NCBI GenBank assembly: GCA_963828465.1
Contig: CAWHEU010000026.1
Location: forward strand, 1-64,000
DNA from: an uncultured Acidobacteriota bacterium
Lineage (GTDB): Bacteria; Actinomycetota; Acidimicrobiia; Spongiisociales; ZC4RG35
Length of the DNA stretch: 64,000 nucleotides
Direction: 5' to 3'
The notes below the pieces were generated by a model, which was given only the letters and a program-made list of their open reading frames with translations, did no database searches and was not told the origin of the DNA. Below are positions 38,012-47,120 of the stretch, one piece after another. The stretch's first letter is position 1. Every line of letters starts with the position of its first letter. A program made the position numbers and the translations under genes.

Positions 38012-38389
38012 TCAGCCCAGCAGCTCGACGGTCACGAACCGCAGTGGGGAGTTGCCGACATTCTCCAGGTCGTGGATGAGGGCAGTCTCGGGAGTGTGCT
38101 CGAGGTACTTGGTCTCGCCGACCAGGTAGTCGCGCACGACGAAGGTGCCGTCGGCGAACCGCTGCAAACCCCGGCTTCCCTCGACCACTGTCCAGAAGTA
38201 GTTGGTGACATGGGAGTGGAACGCCCCGCGCTCCCCGGGATGGAGGAGGATCTCCCAGACCCTGATTCGATCGTTCTCGAACCACATCGTGGTACCCACC
38301 TCGAAGTTGAGAGGCGCCGACTCGAGCTCGTCGGCGTAATCGTTGGTGTCGAAAGCGCCTTCTTCGACGATCTCTGGTCTTGCCTCCAT
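38012..38389 (-). CDS. Cupin domain protein
   Basis: FENDRIRVW, PGERGAFHSH, IHDLENVG. Confidence 0.82.
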   Translation of the reverse strand: MEARPEIVEEGAFDTNDYADELESAPLNFEVGTTMWFENDRIRVWEILLHPGERGAFHSHVTNYFWTVVEGSRGLQRFADGTFVVRDYLVGETKYLEHTPETALIHDLENVGNSPLRFVTVELLG

Positions 38390-39330
38390 CAGTTCACCTG
38401 ATAATCGGGCTTTTCACCGGTGAGGACCTTGATCACTTGTGTCGCCGCCTTTCGTTGCGACTCGGCGAGGGCCTCCTCGGAGTAGTAGGCCATGTGCGGG
38501 GTGACGATGAGGTTGGGGACGCCGTCGATGCGGGATGCGTCGAGTGGCTCCTCGTCGAAGACATCCAGACCCGCCGCGCCGATGGTTCCCTCGATCAGAG
38601 CCTTGGCGAGGGCATCGAGATCGACCAAAGGCCCACGTGAAGTGTTGATCAGGATCGCCGTCGGCTTCATCTTGGTTAGGGCGTCGGCGCCGATGATCCC
38701 TCTCGTCTCGTCGGTGAGAGGGAGATGGAGCGAGATGATGTCGGCCCGCCCGAGCACGGTGTCGAGCTGGAGGAGAGGTGGGAAGTCTGGCCCGGGTTGC
38801 AGATAGGGGTCGTGGGCGATGATGCTCGCCCCGAGGGCTTCCAGTGGGGCGGCGATGCGACGGGCGATCCGCCCGTATCCGACGAGACCGACGGTAAGAG
38901 TGGAGAGACGGCGGATGGGGCGAAAGTTGTCGATGCTCCATGTCCCGGACCGAACCGAATCGTTGGCAATTCCCACCTTGCGAAGCGAGGCCAGGATCAG
39001 GGCGAGGGCGTGGGTGGCGACCTCCTCCACGGAGTAGTCGGGAACGTTGGTGACCACGATCCCGGCGTCGGCGGCGGCTTTCAGGTCGACGTTGTCGAAG
39101 CCGATCCCGTATCGAGCGATGATCCGGCACTTCTCGAGGCGTGCTATCGAGTCGGCGGTCCAGGGCAGGTAGGTATTGAGGATGGCGTCGGCGTCGGCCG
39201 CCGTGGCCAGGACCGACTCCACATCCCCGGTAGCAACCGTGAGCTCTGCGTCGATCTCGGCCAGAAGCTCCCTCTCGACCTCCACGGTGGGGAACACCTG
39301 GTCGCTCACCACGACCTTGTATTTCGTCAG
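38389..39330 (-). CDS. D-isomer 2-hydroxyacid dehydrogenase (PGDH/CtBP-like)
   Basis: RYGIGFDNVD, VTNVPDY, GYGRIA, SLHLPL, INTSRG, DVFDEEP, TPHMAYYS. First canonical start is GTG 39312; a probable CTG start is at 39330. Confidence 0.9.
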   Translation of the reverse strand: MTKYKVVVSDQVFPTVEVERELLAEIDAELTVATGDVESVLATAADADAILNTYLPWTADSIARLEKCRIIARYGIGFDNVDLKAAADAGIVVTNVPDYSVEEVATHALALILASLRKVGIANDSVRSGTWSIDNFRPIRRLSTLTVGLVGYGRIARRIAAPLEALGASIIAHDPYLQPGPDFPPLLQLDTVLGRADIISLHLPLTDETRGIIGADALTKMKPTAILINTSRGPLVDLDALAKALIEGTIGAAGLDVFDEEPLDASRIDGVPNLIVTPHMAYYSEEALAESQRKAATQVIKVLTGEKPDYQVN

Positions 39331-39356
39331 AGCGTCTCCAGGGTGGGCACCGGGCT

Positions 39357-39376
39357 GATCCTATATCATGCACGAT
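39357..39376 (+). promoter_or_regulatory. Putative operator copy (GATCCTATATCATGCACGAT)
   Basis: In the divergent spacer between the 2-hydroxyacid dehydrogenase and CMD operons. Confidence 0.72.
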
Positions 39377-39403
39377 CGACCCAGAAACCCTGTGGAGGAG
39401 CAG

Positions 39404-39919
39404 ATGCCGCGTGTCCGCATGATCGAGGAGAGGGAGGACGCGTCTCCCTCGCAGGTGGAGGCTTTCGACCACATCGCGGCCAGCCGGGGTGGTCAGATGA
39501 TCCGGCCCTTCGCGGCGATGATCCACCGGCCCCAAATAGCCCGTGCCGCCGCCGACCTCGGCGCCGTGATCCGGTTCGAATCCACCCTGTCCGATCACGA
39601 TCGTGAGGTGGTGATCTGCACCACCGCCATCGAGCTGGATTGTCCGTTCGAGTGGGAGTCGCACACCCCAATCGCCCAACGGGTCGGCGTCTCGGAGGCC
39701 ACACTCCACTCGATCGAGGACGGGCAGGAGGTCGAACATGCGGACGACGCTGTGTTGGTCGAGTTCACCCGGGAGCTGTGCCGCACCGGGAAGGTCGGAG
39801 AGGCTGTCTTCGAGCGGGCATGGTCGCGTCTCGATGAGGAAGGGACAGTAGAGCTTGCGGCCATCATCGGTTACTACACGATGCTGGCGCTGTTCATGAA
39901 TGCTTGTGAGGCGTGTTGA
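39404..39919 (+). CDS. Carboxymuconolactone decarboxylase/AhpD-like protein
   Basis: IAASRGG, REVVI, FEWESH, VELAAIIGYY. SD GGAGGAG. Confidence 0.82.
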   Translation: MPRVRMIEEREDASPSQVEAFDHIAASRGGQMIRPFAAMIHRPQIARAAADLGAVIRFESTLSDHDREVVICTTAIELDCPFEWESHTPIAQRVGVSEATLHSIEDGQEVEHADDAVLVEFTRELCRTGKVGEAVFERAWSRLDEEGTVELAAIIGYYTMLALFMNACEAC

Positions 39920-39934
39920 GAACTAGGAGGATCG

Positions 39935-40936
39935 ATGAGTGAAAAGGTGAGATTGGCCAGCATCGGAACCGGCCGCTGGGCCGGCGAGCTGGCCGACGCT
40001 GTAGCCCGGAGCGGTCAGGCCGAGGTGGTCTCGGGCTGGGCACGTCGCCCCGAGGGCCGGGAGGCGTTCGGCGAGAAGTTCGGATGTCGGCCCGCCGGAT
40101 CGATCGAAGAGCTGTTGTCCGACCCCGAGGTGGAGGGAGTGATCATCACGACCTCCCACCAGAGCCACCGGGAAATGATCGAGAAGGCGGCGGGCGCCGG
40201 CAAGCACGTGTTCGTCGACAAACCCTTCACCAACACCGTGGAAGATGGTCTGGCGGCCATCGCCGCGGCCCGGGACGCCGGAGTGCTGCTCCAGGTGGGC
40301 CATCAGCGGCGACGTACCCCAGCCAAGCGACGGATCAAAGCCATGCTCGAGGCCGGCGAGCTGGGCGACGTGGAGACGGTGGTCACCAACCAGTCGATCC
40401 CCAACGGGTTCAAGATGCCCGAGACTGCGTGGCGTTGGGATCCGGACCAAAGCCCGCTCGGCTCGATGACTTCCCTCGGGGTGCACAAGATCGACACGAT
40501 CAACTATCTCGTGGGCCCGGTGCGCCGCGTGTTCGCCTTCACCCGCCCGGGGCGCGTCAAGCCCATAGACGAGGCCACGGTCCTGGCCCTGGAGTTGGAA
40601 AGCGGTGCCTTGGCGACCCTGACCACTTCGTTCTTCACCCCGGTGGTCAACGACACAACCGTGTTCGGCACCGACGCCGCCGCTTGGAGCACCAAGGGCG
40701 GGGCGAAGCTGAAGATCCAGGGCCGGGACGACCCGGAGCCGGTCGACGTCGAGTTGGAGCCCATCGACGAGCTCGCTGATCAGATGGCCGCTTTCGCTGC
40801 CGCAGTGCGTGGTGAGGCGCCGATCGAGGTTGATGGTGAGGCGGGTCTTGCCGTCATCGCAGTGATGGAGGCTGCGGTGGAGTCCGCGGAGTCGGGCCGG
40901 GCTGTCGATGTCGCCTCAGTCATGGCCGGGACCTGA
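39935..40936 (+). CDS. Gfo/Idh/MocA oxidoreductase
   Basis: IGTGRWA, GKHVFVDKP, VGHQRR, GVHKID. Confidence 0.9.
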   Translation: MSEKVRLASIGTGRWAGELADAVARSGQAEVVSGWARRPEGREAFGEKFGCRPAGSIEELLSDPEVEGVIITTSHQSHREMIEKAAGAGKHVFVDKPFTNTVEDGLAAIAAARDAGVLLQVGHQRRRTPAKRRIKAMLEAGELGDVETVVTNQSIPNGFKMPETAWRWDPDQSPLGSMTSLGVHKIDTINYLVGPVRRVFAFTRPGRVKPIDEATVLALELESGALATLTTSFFTPVVNDTTVFGTDAAAWSTKGGAKLKIQGRDDPEPVDVELEPIDELADQMAAFAAAVRGEAPIEVDGEAGLAVIAVMEAAVESAESGRAVDVASVMAGT

Positions 40937-40947
40937 AAGGAGAAGCC

Positions 40948-41814
40948 ATGGAGTACGCCGAGATCCTCTACGAGAAGCGTGACGACGCCGCCTGGATCGG
41001 GATCAACAGGCCGGAAGTGCGCAACGCCTTCCGCGAGCAGACGCTCGACGAGCTGGCCCATGCGCTCGAATCGACCCGACACGATCCCACGATCGTGGCC
41101 GCCGTGGTCTATGGCGTCGGGGGCCATTTCTCGGCCGGCGGTGACTTCCACGCCATGATGAAGCTGAACAAGGCCAACTCGTACATGTGGAACGACCGCA
41201 TGCTCAAAGTGGCGATGACCTGCCGCAACCTGCCCATCCCAGTGATCGCCATGGTGGAGGGCGCCTGTGTCGGAGGCGGCCACGAGTTGATGCTGTGGTG
41301 CGACCTGGTGATCACGGCCGATGACGCAACCTTCGGCCAGACCGGTGCCCGTGTAGGCGCCTGCCCGACCGTTGGGGCAACCCAGTACATCGCCAAGCTG
41401 ATTGGGGAGCGCCGGGCCAAGGAGATGATCTTCCTCTGCAAGCGGTACACGGGGGCGGAGGCGGCGGAGATCGGCTTGGCCAATGAGGCGTTGCCAGCCG
41501 CCGAGTTGCAAGTACGGGTCGAGGAGATCGTCCAGCAGATGAAGGGCTACTCGTCGCAGACCCTCCGGGCTACCAAGGTGTCGCTGAACTTCGAGTCCGA
41601 CGCCCTCTACCCGTCCTGGCAGCACGGCATGGAGTTGCTGGCCAACATCTGGGGCACGGAGGAGAGCCTGGAGGGCATGAACGCTTTCCTGGAGAAGCGA
41701 CCTGCCGACTTCCATCAGTTCCGTGTCCGGAACAAGAACGCCCTCGATACATATCTCGACGACTTCGATGAGGGTCGCAACCAGAGCGAGGCTTCGCAGG
41801 CCGCCCGGAAATGA
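40948..41814 (+). CDS. Crotonase superfamily, MenB/BadI/Oah-like
   Basis: INRPEVRNAF, FSAGGD, VGGGHEL, FGQTGARVG, GERRAKEM, EGMNAFLEKR. Confidence 0.85.
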   Translation: MEYAEILYEKRDDAAWIGINRPEVRNAFREQTLDELAHALESTRHDPTIVAAVVYGVGGHFSAGGDFHAMMKLNKANSYMWNDRMLKVAMTCRNLPIPVIAMVEGACVGGGHELMLWCDLVITADDATFGQTGARVGACPTVGATQYIAKLIGERRAKEMIFLCKRYTGAEAAEIGLANEALPAAELQVRVEEIVQQMKGYSSQTLRATKVSLNFESDALYPSWQHGMELLANIWGTEESLEGMNAFLEKRPADFHQFRVRNKNALDTYLDDFDEGRNQSEASQAARK

Positions 41815-43004
41815 CTGCTGAGGGCGCCCTGACCGGTCTCAGGGTGATCGATCTCTCCCGGGTTTTGGCCGGCCCTCTTTGCACTCAGACCCTCGGTGAC
41901 CTGGGGGCGGAGGTGATCAAGGTGGAGCGGCCGGGAGAGGGCGACGACACCCGCAACTGGGGACCGCCGTACGCCGGGCCGCTCTCCGCCTACTTCATCG
42001 GAGTGAATCGCAACAAGAGGAGCCTCGCCCTCGACCTGTCCCGACCCGAGGGGCGGGCGGTGCTCGACCGGCTGATCCGCAGCGGCGATGTGTTGGTCGA
42101 CAATTTCAAGCAAGGGACACTCGCCCGCTGGGGTTTCGACGACGCTTGGTTCGATGCGAATGCCCCTGCCGTGATCCGTTGCTCGATCACCGGCTACGGA
42201 TCGACCGGGCCGAAGTCGGAGATGCCCGGCTACGACTTCATCCTCCAGGCAGAGACCGGCCTCATGGCGATAACCGGTGAGCAAGACGGGACGCCGATGA
42301 AGTTGGGGGTGGCCATCGTGGATCTTTGCACCGGAATGCAGGCGACGATCGCGATCCTCGCCGCCCTCGAGGCGCGACGACGGAACGGTCGGGGACAGCG
42401 TTGTGAAGTGAATCTGCACGACACCGGTCTCCACCTCCTGGCCAATGTCGCTTCCAACTACCTGGTGTCGGGTGACGAGGCGGCTCGCTACGGAAACGGC
42501 CACCCGAACATCGTCCCCTACCGAACGTATGCGGCGTCAGACGGTGAGTTGGCCCTCGCCGTGGGCAACGACCGGCAGTTCGCAGTGCTGGTGGGGGAGG
42601 TCGGGCACCCGGAGTGGGCTGAAGACCCCCGTTTCGCCACCAATCCGGAACGAGTTCGAAACCGCTACCTCGTCGATGAGATGGTGGGCCGGGTCATGGC
42701 GACCAGGAGTAGGGCGGAGTGGGTCGAGACCTTCGATCGCATCGGGGTCCCGTCCGGCCCCATCAATCGAATCTCCGAAGCGCTATCCAGCCCGCAAGCC
42801 CTGGCCCGGGAGATGGTGATGGAGAACGAGCACAGCGTCGCCGGGAGGGTCAGCACTCTGGGCTTGCCCATCGAGATGGCGGAAACACCTTCCTCGGTGC
42901 GTCGCGAGCCACCGATGCTGGGGGCGGATACCGATGCGGTCTTGGGAGAGCTGGGCTACTCGGTCGAGGAGGTCGCCGGGTTGCGGTCGGCCGGCGTGGT
43001 CTGA
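41811..43004 (+). CDS. Family III CoA-transferase
   Basis: DLSRVLAGP, GDLGAEVIKVE, GDDTRNWGPP, NRNKRS, PGYDFILQA, PPMLGADT. Confidence 0.93.
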   Translation: MTAEGALTGLRVIDLSRVLAGPLCTQTLGDLGAEVIKVERPGEGDDTRNWGPPYAGPLSAYFIGVNRNKRSLALDLSRPEGRAVLDRLIRSGDVLVDNFKQGTLARWGFDDAWFDANAPAVIRCSITGYGSTGPKSEMPGYDFILQAETGLMAITGEQDGTPMKLGVAIVDLCTGMQATIAILAALEARRRNGRGQRCEVNLHDTGLHLLANVASNYLVSGDEAARYGNGHPNIVPYRTYAASDGELALAVGNDRQFAVLVGEVGHPEWAEDPRFATNPERVRNRYLVDEMVGRVMATRSRAEWVETFDRIGVPSGPINRISEALSSPQALAREMVMENEHSVAGRVSTLGLPIEMAETPSSVRREPPMLGADTDAVLGELGYSVEEVAGLRSAGVV

Positions 43005-43051
43005 GCGACCTCGAAGAAATTCCTTGGATCGGGCGACGAGGGTATGGATTC

Positions 43052-43088
43052 TGTCACGGCGGCCTTGTAGTGTCGAACGTATGTTCGA
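43052..43088 (+). promoter_or_regulatory. DNA-damage promoter: PafBC/RecA-NDp-like TGTCAC-N10-TAGTGT plus LexA box TCGAACGTATGTTCGA
   Basis: A perfect actinobacterial SOS box at 43073-43088 overlaps ATG 43081. The TGTC-N-TANNNT spacing matches the mycobacterial RecA-NDp consensus. Confidence 0.8.
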
Positions 43089-44388
43089 TACTGAGATTCT
43101 GCCTTCCGATCTCGACCTCCTCGACCAGGAGTGGGCCGAAGATTCGGATGGGCTGCCGGCGGATCTGGAGTCGATTCCTCCGGGTCTGCTGCTGGGAGTG
43201 ATCCTGTCCAGTGTGGATCGGGATCGGTTGTCGGGGTTTGACCGGGTGCGGCTCTTGAAGGCTGATGCTCGGATGGTGGCTCATTTTCAGGCCCGGGTTT
43301 ATGCAGACATCCATTCGGTCTCCGAGTCGGTCACCGAGTTGCACTATCCGGAGGCCCCCAACCCGCAGGACATTTTCGAGACGGCTTCTTCGGAGGTGCA
43401 GGCCGCCTTGTCGCTGACCCGTCGGTCCGCTGATGTCCAGGTCGAACTGGCGTTTCTGCTCTGTGAACGACTTCCCGCGGTGTGGGAGGCGCTCCATGCC
43501 GGGTTGATCGACCTTCCTCGGGCTCGGGTCCTCTCTGATCTGACCATGCCCCTACCTCGGGAACTGGCTCGACAGGTGTGTGATACCGCCTTGGAACGTG
43601 CTCCTTCATTGACCACCGGACAACTACGAGCTCATCTGCAGAGGCTGATCATTTCGGTCGACCCGGCTGCTGCCATGGAACGATTTGAGCAGAAGCTGGA
43701 AGAGCGGAGAGTGTTCTCGGAACAGGGTGAGGATGGCACCGCCAATCTCTACGGTCTCAACCTGCCACCGGCAGAGACGAATCGGGCGATGAGACGGATC
43801 AACCGGCTGGCCCGTGCTCTCAAAGCGAAAGGTGACCGGCGGCGGATCGATCAGATCCGAGCCGACATCCTTCTCGACCTGCTCACCGGGAAGGGTCAAC
43901 CCGACGGATCCTCCGACAAAGGCTTTGTCGAGATTCGGGTCGATATGACCACCCTGGCTGGTATCGACGATGATCCGGCCGAGATTCCCGGATTTGGACC
44001 GGTCCTGGCCGATGTCGCCCGAAAGATCGTCGACGAAGCATCTGATTCAGAATGGCGGATCATCCCAGTCGATGAGGACGGACAGGCGGTAGGAGTTGTC
44101 ACCACCAGAAGACGGCCCACCACCGCCCAGAAACGAGTCGTGGAGACCCGGAATCCGACCTGTGTCTTCCCCGGTTGTCGGATGCCCGCCGACGAATGCG
44201 ATCTCAACCATGAGGTTCTCTGGGCGGAAGCGCATCGGACTACGGCCCGGGAGCTCGGACCACTCTGTCGACATGATCACATCAACCGTCATCGTCACCG
44301 ATGGAAACTGAAACAGATCAGACCCGGCATCTATGAGTGGACCAGCCCACTCGGCCACACCTACCTCACCGGACCCGAGCGGCCCTGA
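43081..44388 (+). CDS. DUF222 / HNH endonuclease-domain protein (13E12-like)
   Basis: LPAVWEALHAGLID, DQIRADIL, IPGFGP, RNPTCVFPGC, CDLNH, LGPLCRHDH, WTSPLGHTY. Visibly less GC-rich than its neighbours. Confidence 0.9.
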   Translation: MFDTEILPSDLDLLDQEWAEDSDGLPADLESIPPGLLLGVILSSVDRDRLSGFDRVRLLKADARMVAHFQARVYADIHSVSESVTELHYPEAPNPQDIFETASSEVQAALSLTRRSADVQVELAFLLCERLPAVWEALHAGLIDLPRARVLSDLTMPLPRELARQVCDTALERAPSLTTGQLRAHLQRLIISVDPAAAMERFEQKLEERRVFSEQGEDGTANLYGLNLPPAETNRAMRRINRLARALKAKGDRRRIDQIRADILLDLLTGKGQPDGSSDKGFVEIRVDMTTLAGIDDDPAEIPGFGPVLADVARKIVDEASDSEWRIIPVDEDGQAVGVVTTRRRPTTAQKRVVETRNPTCVFPGCRMPADECDLNHEVLWAEAHRTTARELGPLCRHDHINRHRHRWKLKQIRPGIYEWTSPLGHTYLTGPERP

Positions 44389-44399
44389 CGAGGTCGGAG

Positions 44400-45401
44400 C
44401 TACCCGACCCTCATCAACACCTTGAGCGAGGACGGGTCATGGACCAGTTCGAAGGCTTTCTCCGCCTCCTCCAAGCCCAGCTCGTGGGTCACGATCGGCT
44501 CGAGCGTGAGCGCGCCGGAGGCAGCCAGATCAACCCCGTCGGCGTAATCGCCAACCACCGCAGCGCGAGGGTTGTGGAGGGTGAGTTCCTTGTGATAGAG
44601 CTGGTAATAGGGGAGCCCGTTCTCGCCTCCGGTGAGGGTGCCATAGACCAACACTTCGCCCCCGGTCCCGGCAAGCTCGATGGCCCGGGCCAAAGTGGCC
44701 TCGGTGCCTACAGCCTCGACCACTACATCCGGGCCGCGACCGGAAGTGACCTTGGCAAGCACGTCAGGTGCCTGATCGGGCGACGCGGTGTGATGGGTGC
44801 CGGTGGTGGTCGCCAGCTCTCGTTTCCACTCTGAGCGGGTGATCCCCACCACCGTCATTCCCCGTAAACGGAGGAGTTGGGTGATTAGCTGGCCGGCGAC
44901 ACCGAGGCCGACGACCGCGGCCACCTGCCCGGGGAAAGGATCGAGTGTCTTGACGGCATGGACGCAGGTGCCCAGGACCTGGAGGACTCCCGACGCCTTG
45001 TCAGAAACACTGGGTGGAACGGGAATCAGGCGGTTGAACGGGACTACGGCGTACTCGGTGAACACCCCGTCGACATCCCGGCCGAGCAAACCACCGTTCA
45101 CGCATATGTTGAAGCGACCCGCCCGGCACATGTGACACCATCCGCATGCAACACCGGGGTCGACCAGGACCCTGGTGCCGGCCTGATACGGCGACTCCGG
45201 AGGCGCGCCAACTACCTCGCCGACCATCTCATGGCCCATGATCCGTGGGTAGTCCACCGGGATCTTGCCGGCCAGGATCTTGACATCCGTGCCGCAGATC
45301 CCGACCTGGCCAACCCGGACCAGGACCGAGGGCCCGGCATCGGGCTCGGGCACATCGCCCACTTCGATGACTCCGGGCGTTTGGACACGGACCGCTCTCA
45401 A
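44400..45401 (-). CDS. Zn-dependent medium-chain alcohol/polyol dehydrogenase
   Basis: GICGTD, GHEMVG, CGWCHMC...C, GLGVAG, VVEAVG. Confidence 0.9.
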   Translation of the reverse strand: MRAVRVQTPGVIEVGDVPEPDAGPSVLVRVGQVGICGTDVKILAGKIPVDYPRIMGHEMVGEVVGAPPESPYQAGTRVLVDPGVACGWCHMCRAGRFNICVNGGLLGRDVDGVFTEYAVVPFNRLIPVPPSVSDKASGVLQVLGTCVHAVKTLDPFPGQVAAVVGLGVAGQLITQLLRLRGMTVVGITRSEWKRELATTTGTHHTASPDQAPDVLAKVTSGRGPDVVVEAVGTEATLARAIELAGTGGEVLVYGTLTGGENGLPYYQLYHKELTLHNPRAAVVGDYADGVDLAASGALTLEPIVTHELGLEEAEKAFELVHDPSSLKVLMRVG

Positions 45402-45469
45402 GAAACTCCTCGGATGGCTCGTGAATGGTAGGAGCCGTCCCGGTGCGCCGACTTTGTAGGCTGACGCCT

Positions 45470-46156
45470 ATGGAACAGACACCCGAGCTTCGAATCTCGC
45501 CGCCCGAGGAGGGGTTCGCCGCCACCCGGCAGACGGCGCACGAATTCGTGCGAAGCGTCCTGCGCCGCGCCATTCTCAATGGCGAGCTGGCGAGCGGGAG
45601 CCGGCTGGTTCAGGCCGAGCTGGCCGCGATGCTCGACGTGAGCACGACTCCGGTACGCGAGGCGCTGCGTGATCTGGCCACGGAGGGACTGGTCCACTTC
45701 GACCCCCATCGCGGGGCCATCGTGTCCGAGCTCAGCGATGAAGACGTACACGACATCTACGAGATACGTCGGGTGCTGGAGCCTCTTGCAATGAGACAGG
45801 CGGTGCCCAATGTGAGCGATGCCCTCCTCGGCAGGCTGCGCCGGCTCCACCAGGGGATGCTCGACGAACCTCACTCGGTCGATTGGGTCGATCGAAATCG
45901 GGTCTTTCATATGGCCGTCTATGAGACAGCTGCGTCGCCGCGGCTGGCGGCCATCATTCGCAACCTCCAGGACGCTTCCGTTATGTACATCGGGGCGTCG
46001 CTCAAGCACAAACCCGGTCTGCGCGAGGCGGCCAACCACGGTCACGCCGACATCCTCGATGCGTTGGAAAAGCGTGACGTCGAAGCCGCGGTGAAGGCGT
46101 TGGACGAGCATCTCCGCACTTCGATCGACGCCTTCGAGTCCAAAGACGAGGACTGA
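45470..46156 (+). CDS. GntR-family (FCD) transcriptional regulator
   Basis: LRRAILNGEL, DVSTTPVREALR, IRRVLEP, NRVFH. ATG lies 7 nt after TAGGCT. Confidence 0.92.
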   Translation: MEQTPELRISPPEEGFAATRQTAHEFVRSVLRRAILNGELASGSRLVQAELAAMLDVSTTPVREALRDLATEGLVHFDPHRGAIVSELSDEDVHDIYEIRRVLEPLAMRQAVPNVSDALLGRLRRLHQGMLDEPHSVDWVDRNRVFHMAVYETAASPRLAAIIRNLQDASVMYIGASLKHKPGLREAANHGHADILDALEKRDVEAAVKALDEHLRTSIDAFESKDED

Positions 46157-46163
46157 GGCCCGC

Positions 46164-47093
46164 TCACGGCACCTCCTGGGGGTCGAGGATTTCTGCGGTT
46201 TCTGCGGTCTTCTGGCGATCAGACAACAGATTCAGGGCAACCCCGGCGACCACCAGTATCAGCCCGAGGAGCAGCGAGGTAGTCACGTCCTCGCCGAGGA
46301 TGATGGCCGAGGACAAGACGCCCACCACGGGCACCGCCATGAGGGTGAGGTTGGTCGAGACCGCGGAGAGATTCCGCAAGATCACGATCTGCACCCAGAA
46401 GGCGATGCCGCTGGCCAGCACGCCCTGATAAATGACTATCCAGATCAGTTGCGGCGTCCAAGCGATCACCGGAGGCCCCTCGACTGCAAAGCCGAGGACG
46501 ATGAGGATCAATGTCGCTGCCAACAGCTGCCACGGCATCGAGTCGAGAGGGGCGATGCTCCAGCGATGGGCCCGAATGTGGACCGAGGTCGCGGCGTTGG
46601 TGATCGCGGCGACGATCAGCAAGGCGTGGCCGATAGCCACACCTGGCTCCGTCCAGTCGAAACCCCAGGGCTCGAACAGCGCGAGAACTCCGGCGATGCC
46701 GAGTGACAGGCCGAGCCATCGCGCTCGAGTCATTCTTTCCCCGAGGAAGATCGCCGCGATTGGCACGGTCCACAGGCTGCTTGTCCACACCACCACCGAG
46801 GAGCGGCCCGCAGGCACCAGCTCGAGTGCGGTGAAGACAAGGACTGTCACCGCCGTGAGTCGAAACAGGGCCATGGAGGTGACGATGGGGAGGTCTCGGC
46901 GCGGTGGCACAACCAGCGTCCTCCTCGCCAGGGCCACCCCGACCATCAACGCCGTTGCCGTTCCGATGCGAAGAGCGCCCATCCAGATCGGGGCGATCGA
47001 CTTCACTCCGGTCGCCATCACGGGCCAGTTCAGGCCGAGAATGAGGACGACCAGAGTCAGCAGCGCATAGATCACCGGCCGGGACAACTTCAT
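46164..47093 (-). CDS. EamA/DMT-family transporter
   Basis: About 10 TM segments, GLNWP, FLGER, AVPVVGV, ILGE. Confidence 0.88.
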   Translation of the reverse strand: MKLSRPVIYALLTLVVLILGLNWPVMATGVKSIAPIWMGALRIGTATALMVGVALARRTLVVPPRRDLPIVTSMALFRLTAVTVLVFTALELVPAGRSSVVVWTSSLWTVPIAAIFLGERMTRARWLGLSLGIAGVLALFEPWGFDWTEPGVAIGHALLIVAAITNAATSVHIRAHRWSIAPLDSMPWQLLAATLILIVLGFAVEGPPVIAWTPQLIWIVIYQGVLASGIAFWVQIVILRNLSAVSTNLTLMAVPVVGVLSSAIILGEDVTTSLLLGLILVVAGVALNLLSDRQKTAETAEILDPQEVP

Positions 47094-47120
47094 GCCACGC
47101 ATCTCTCTTCGACCGTTAAC

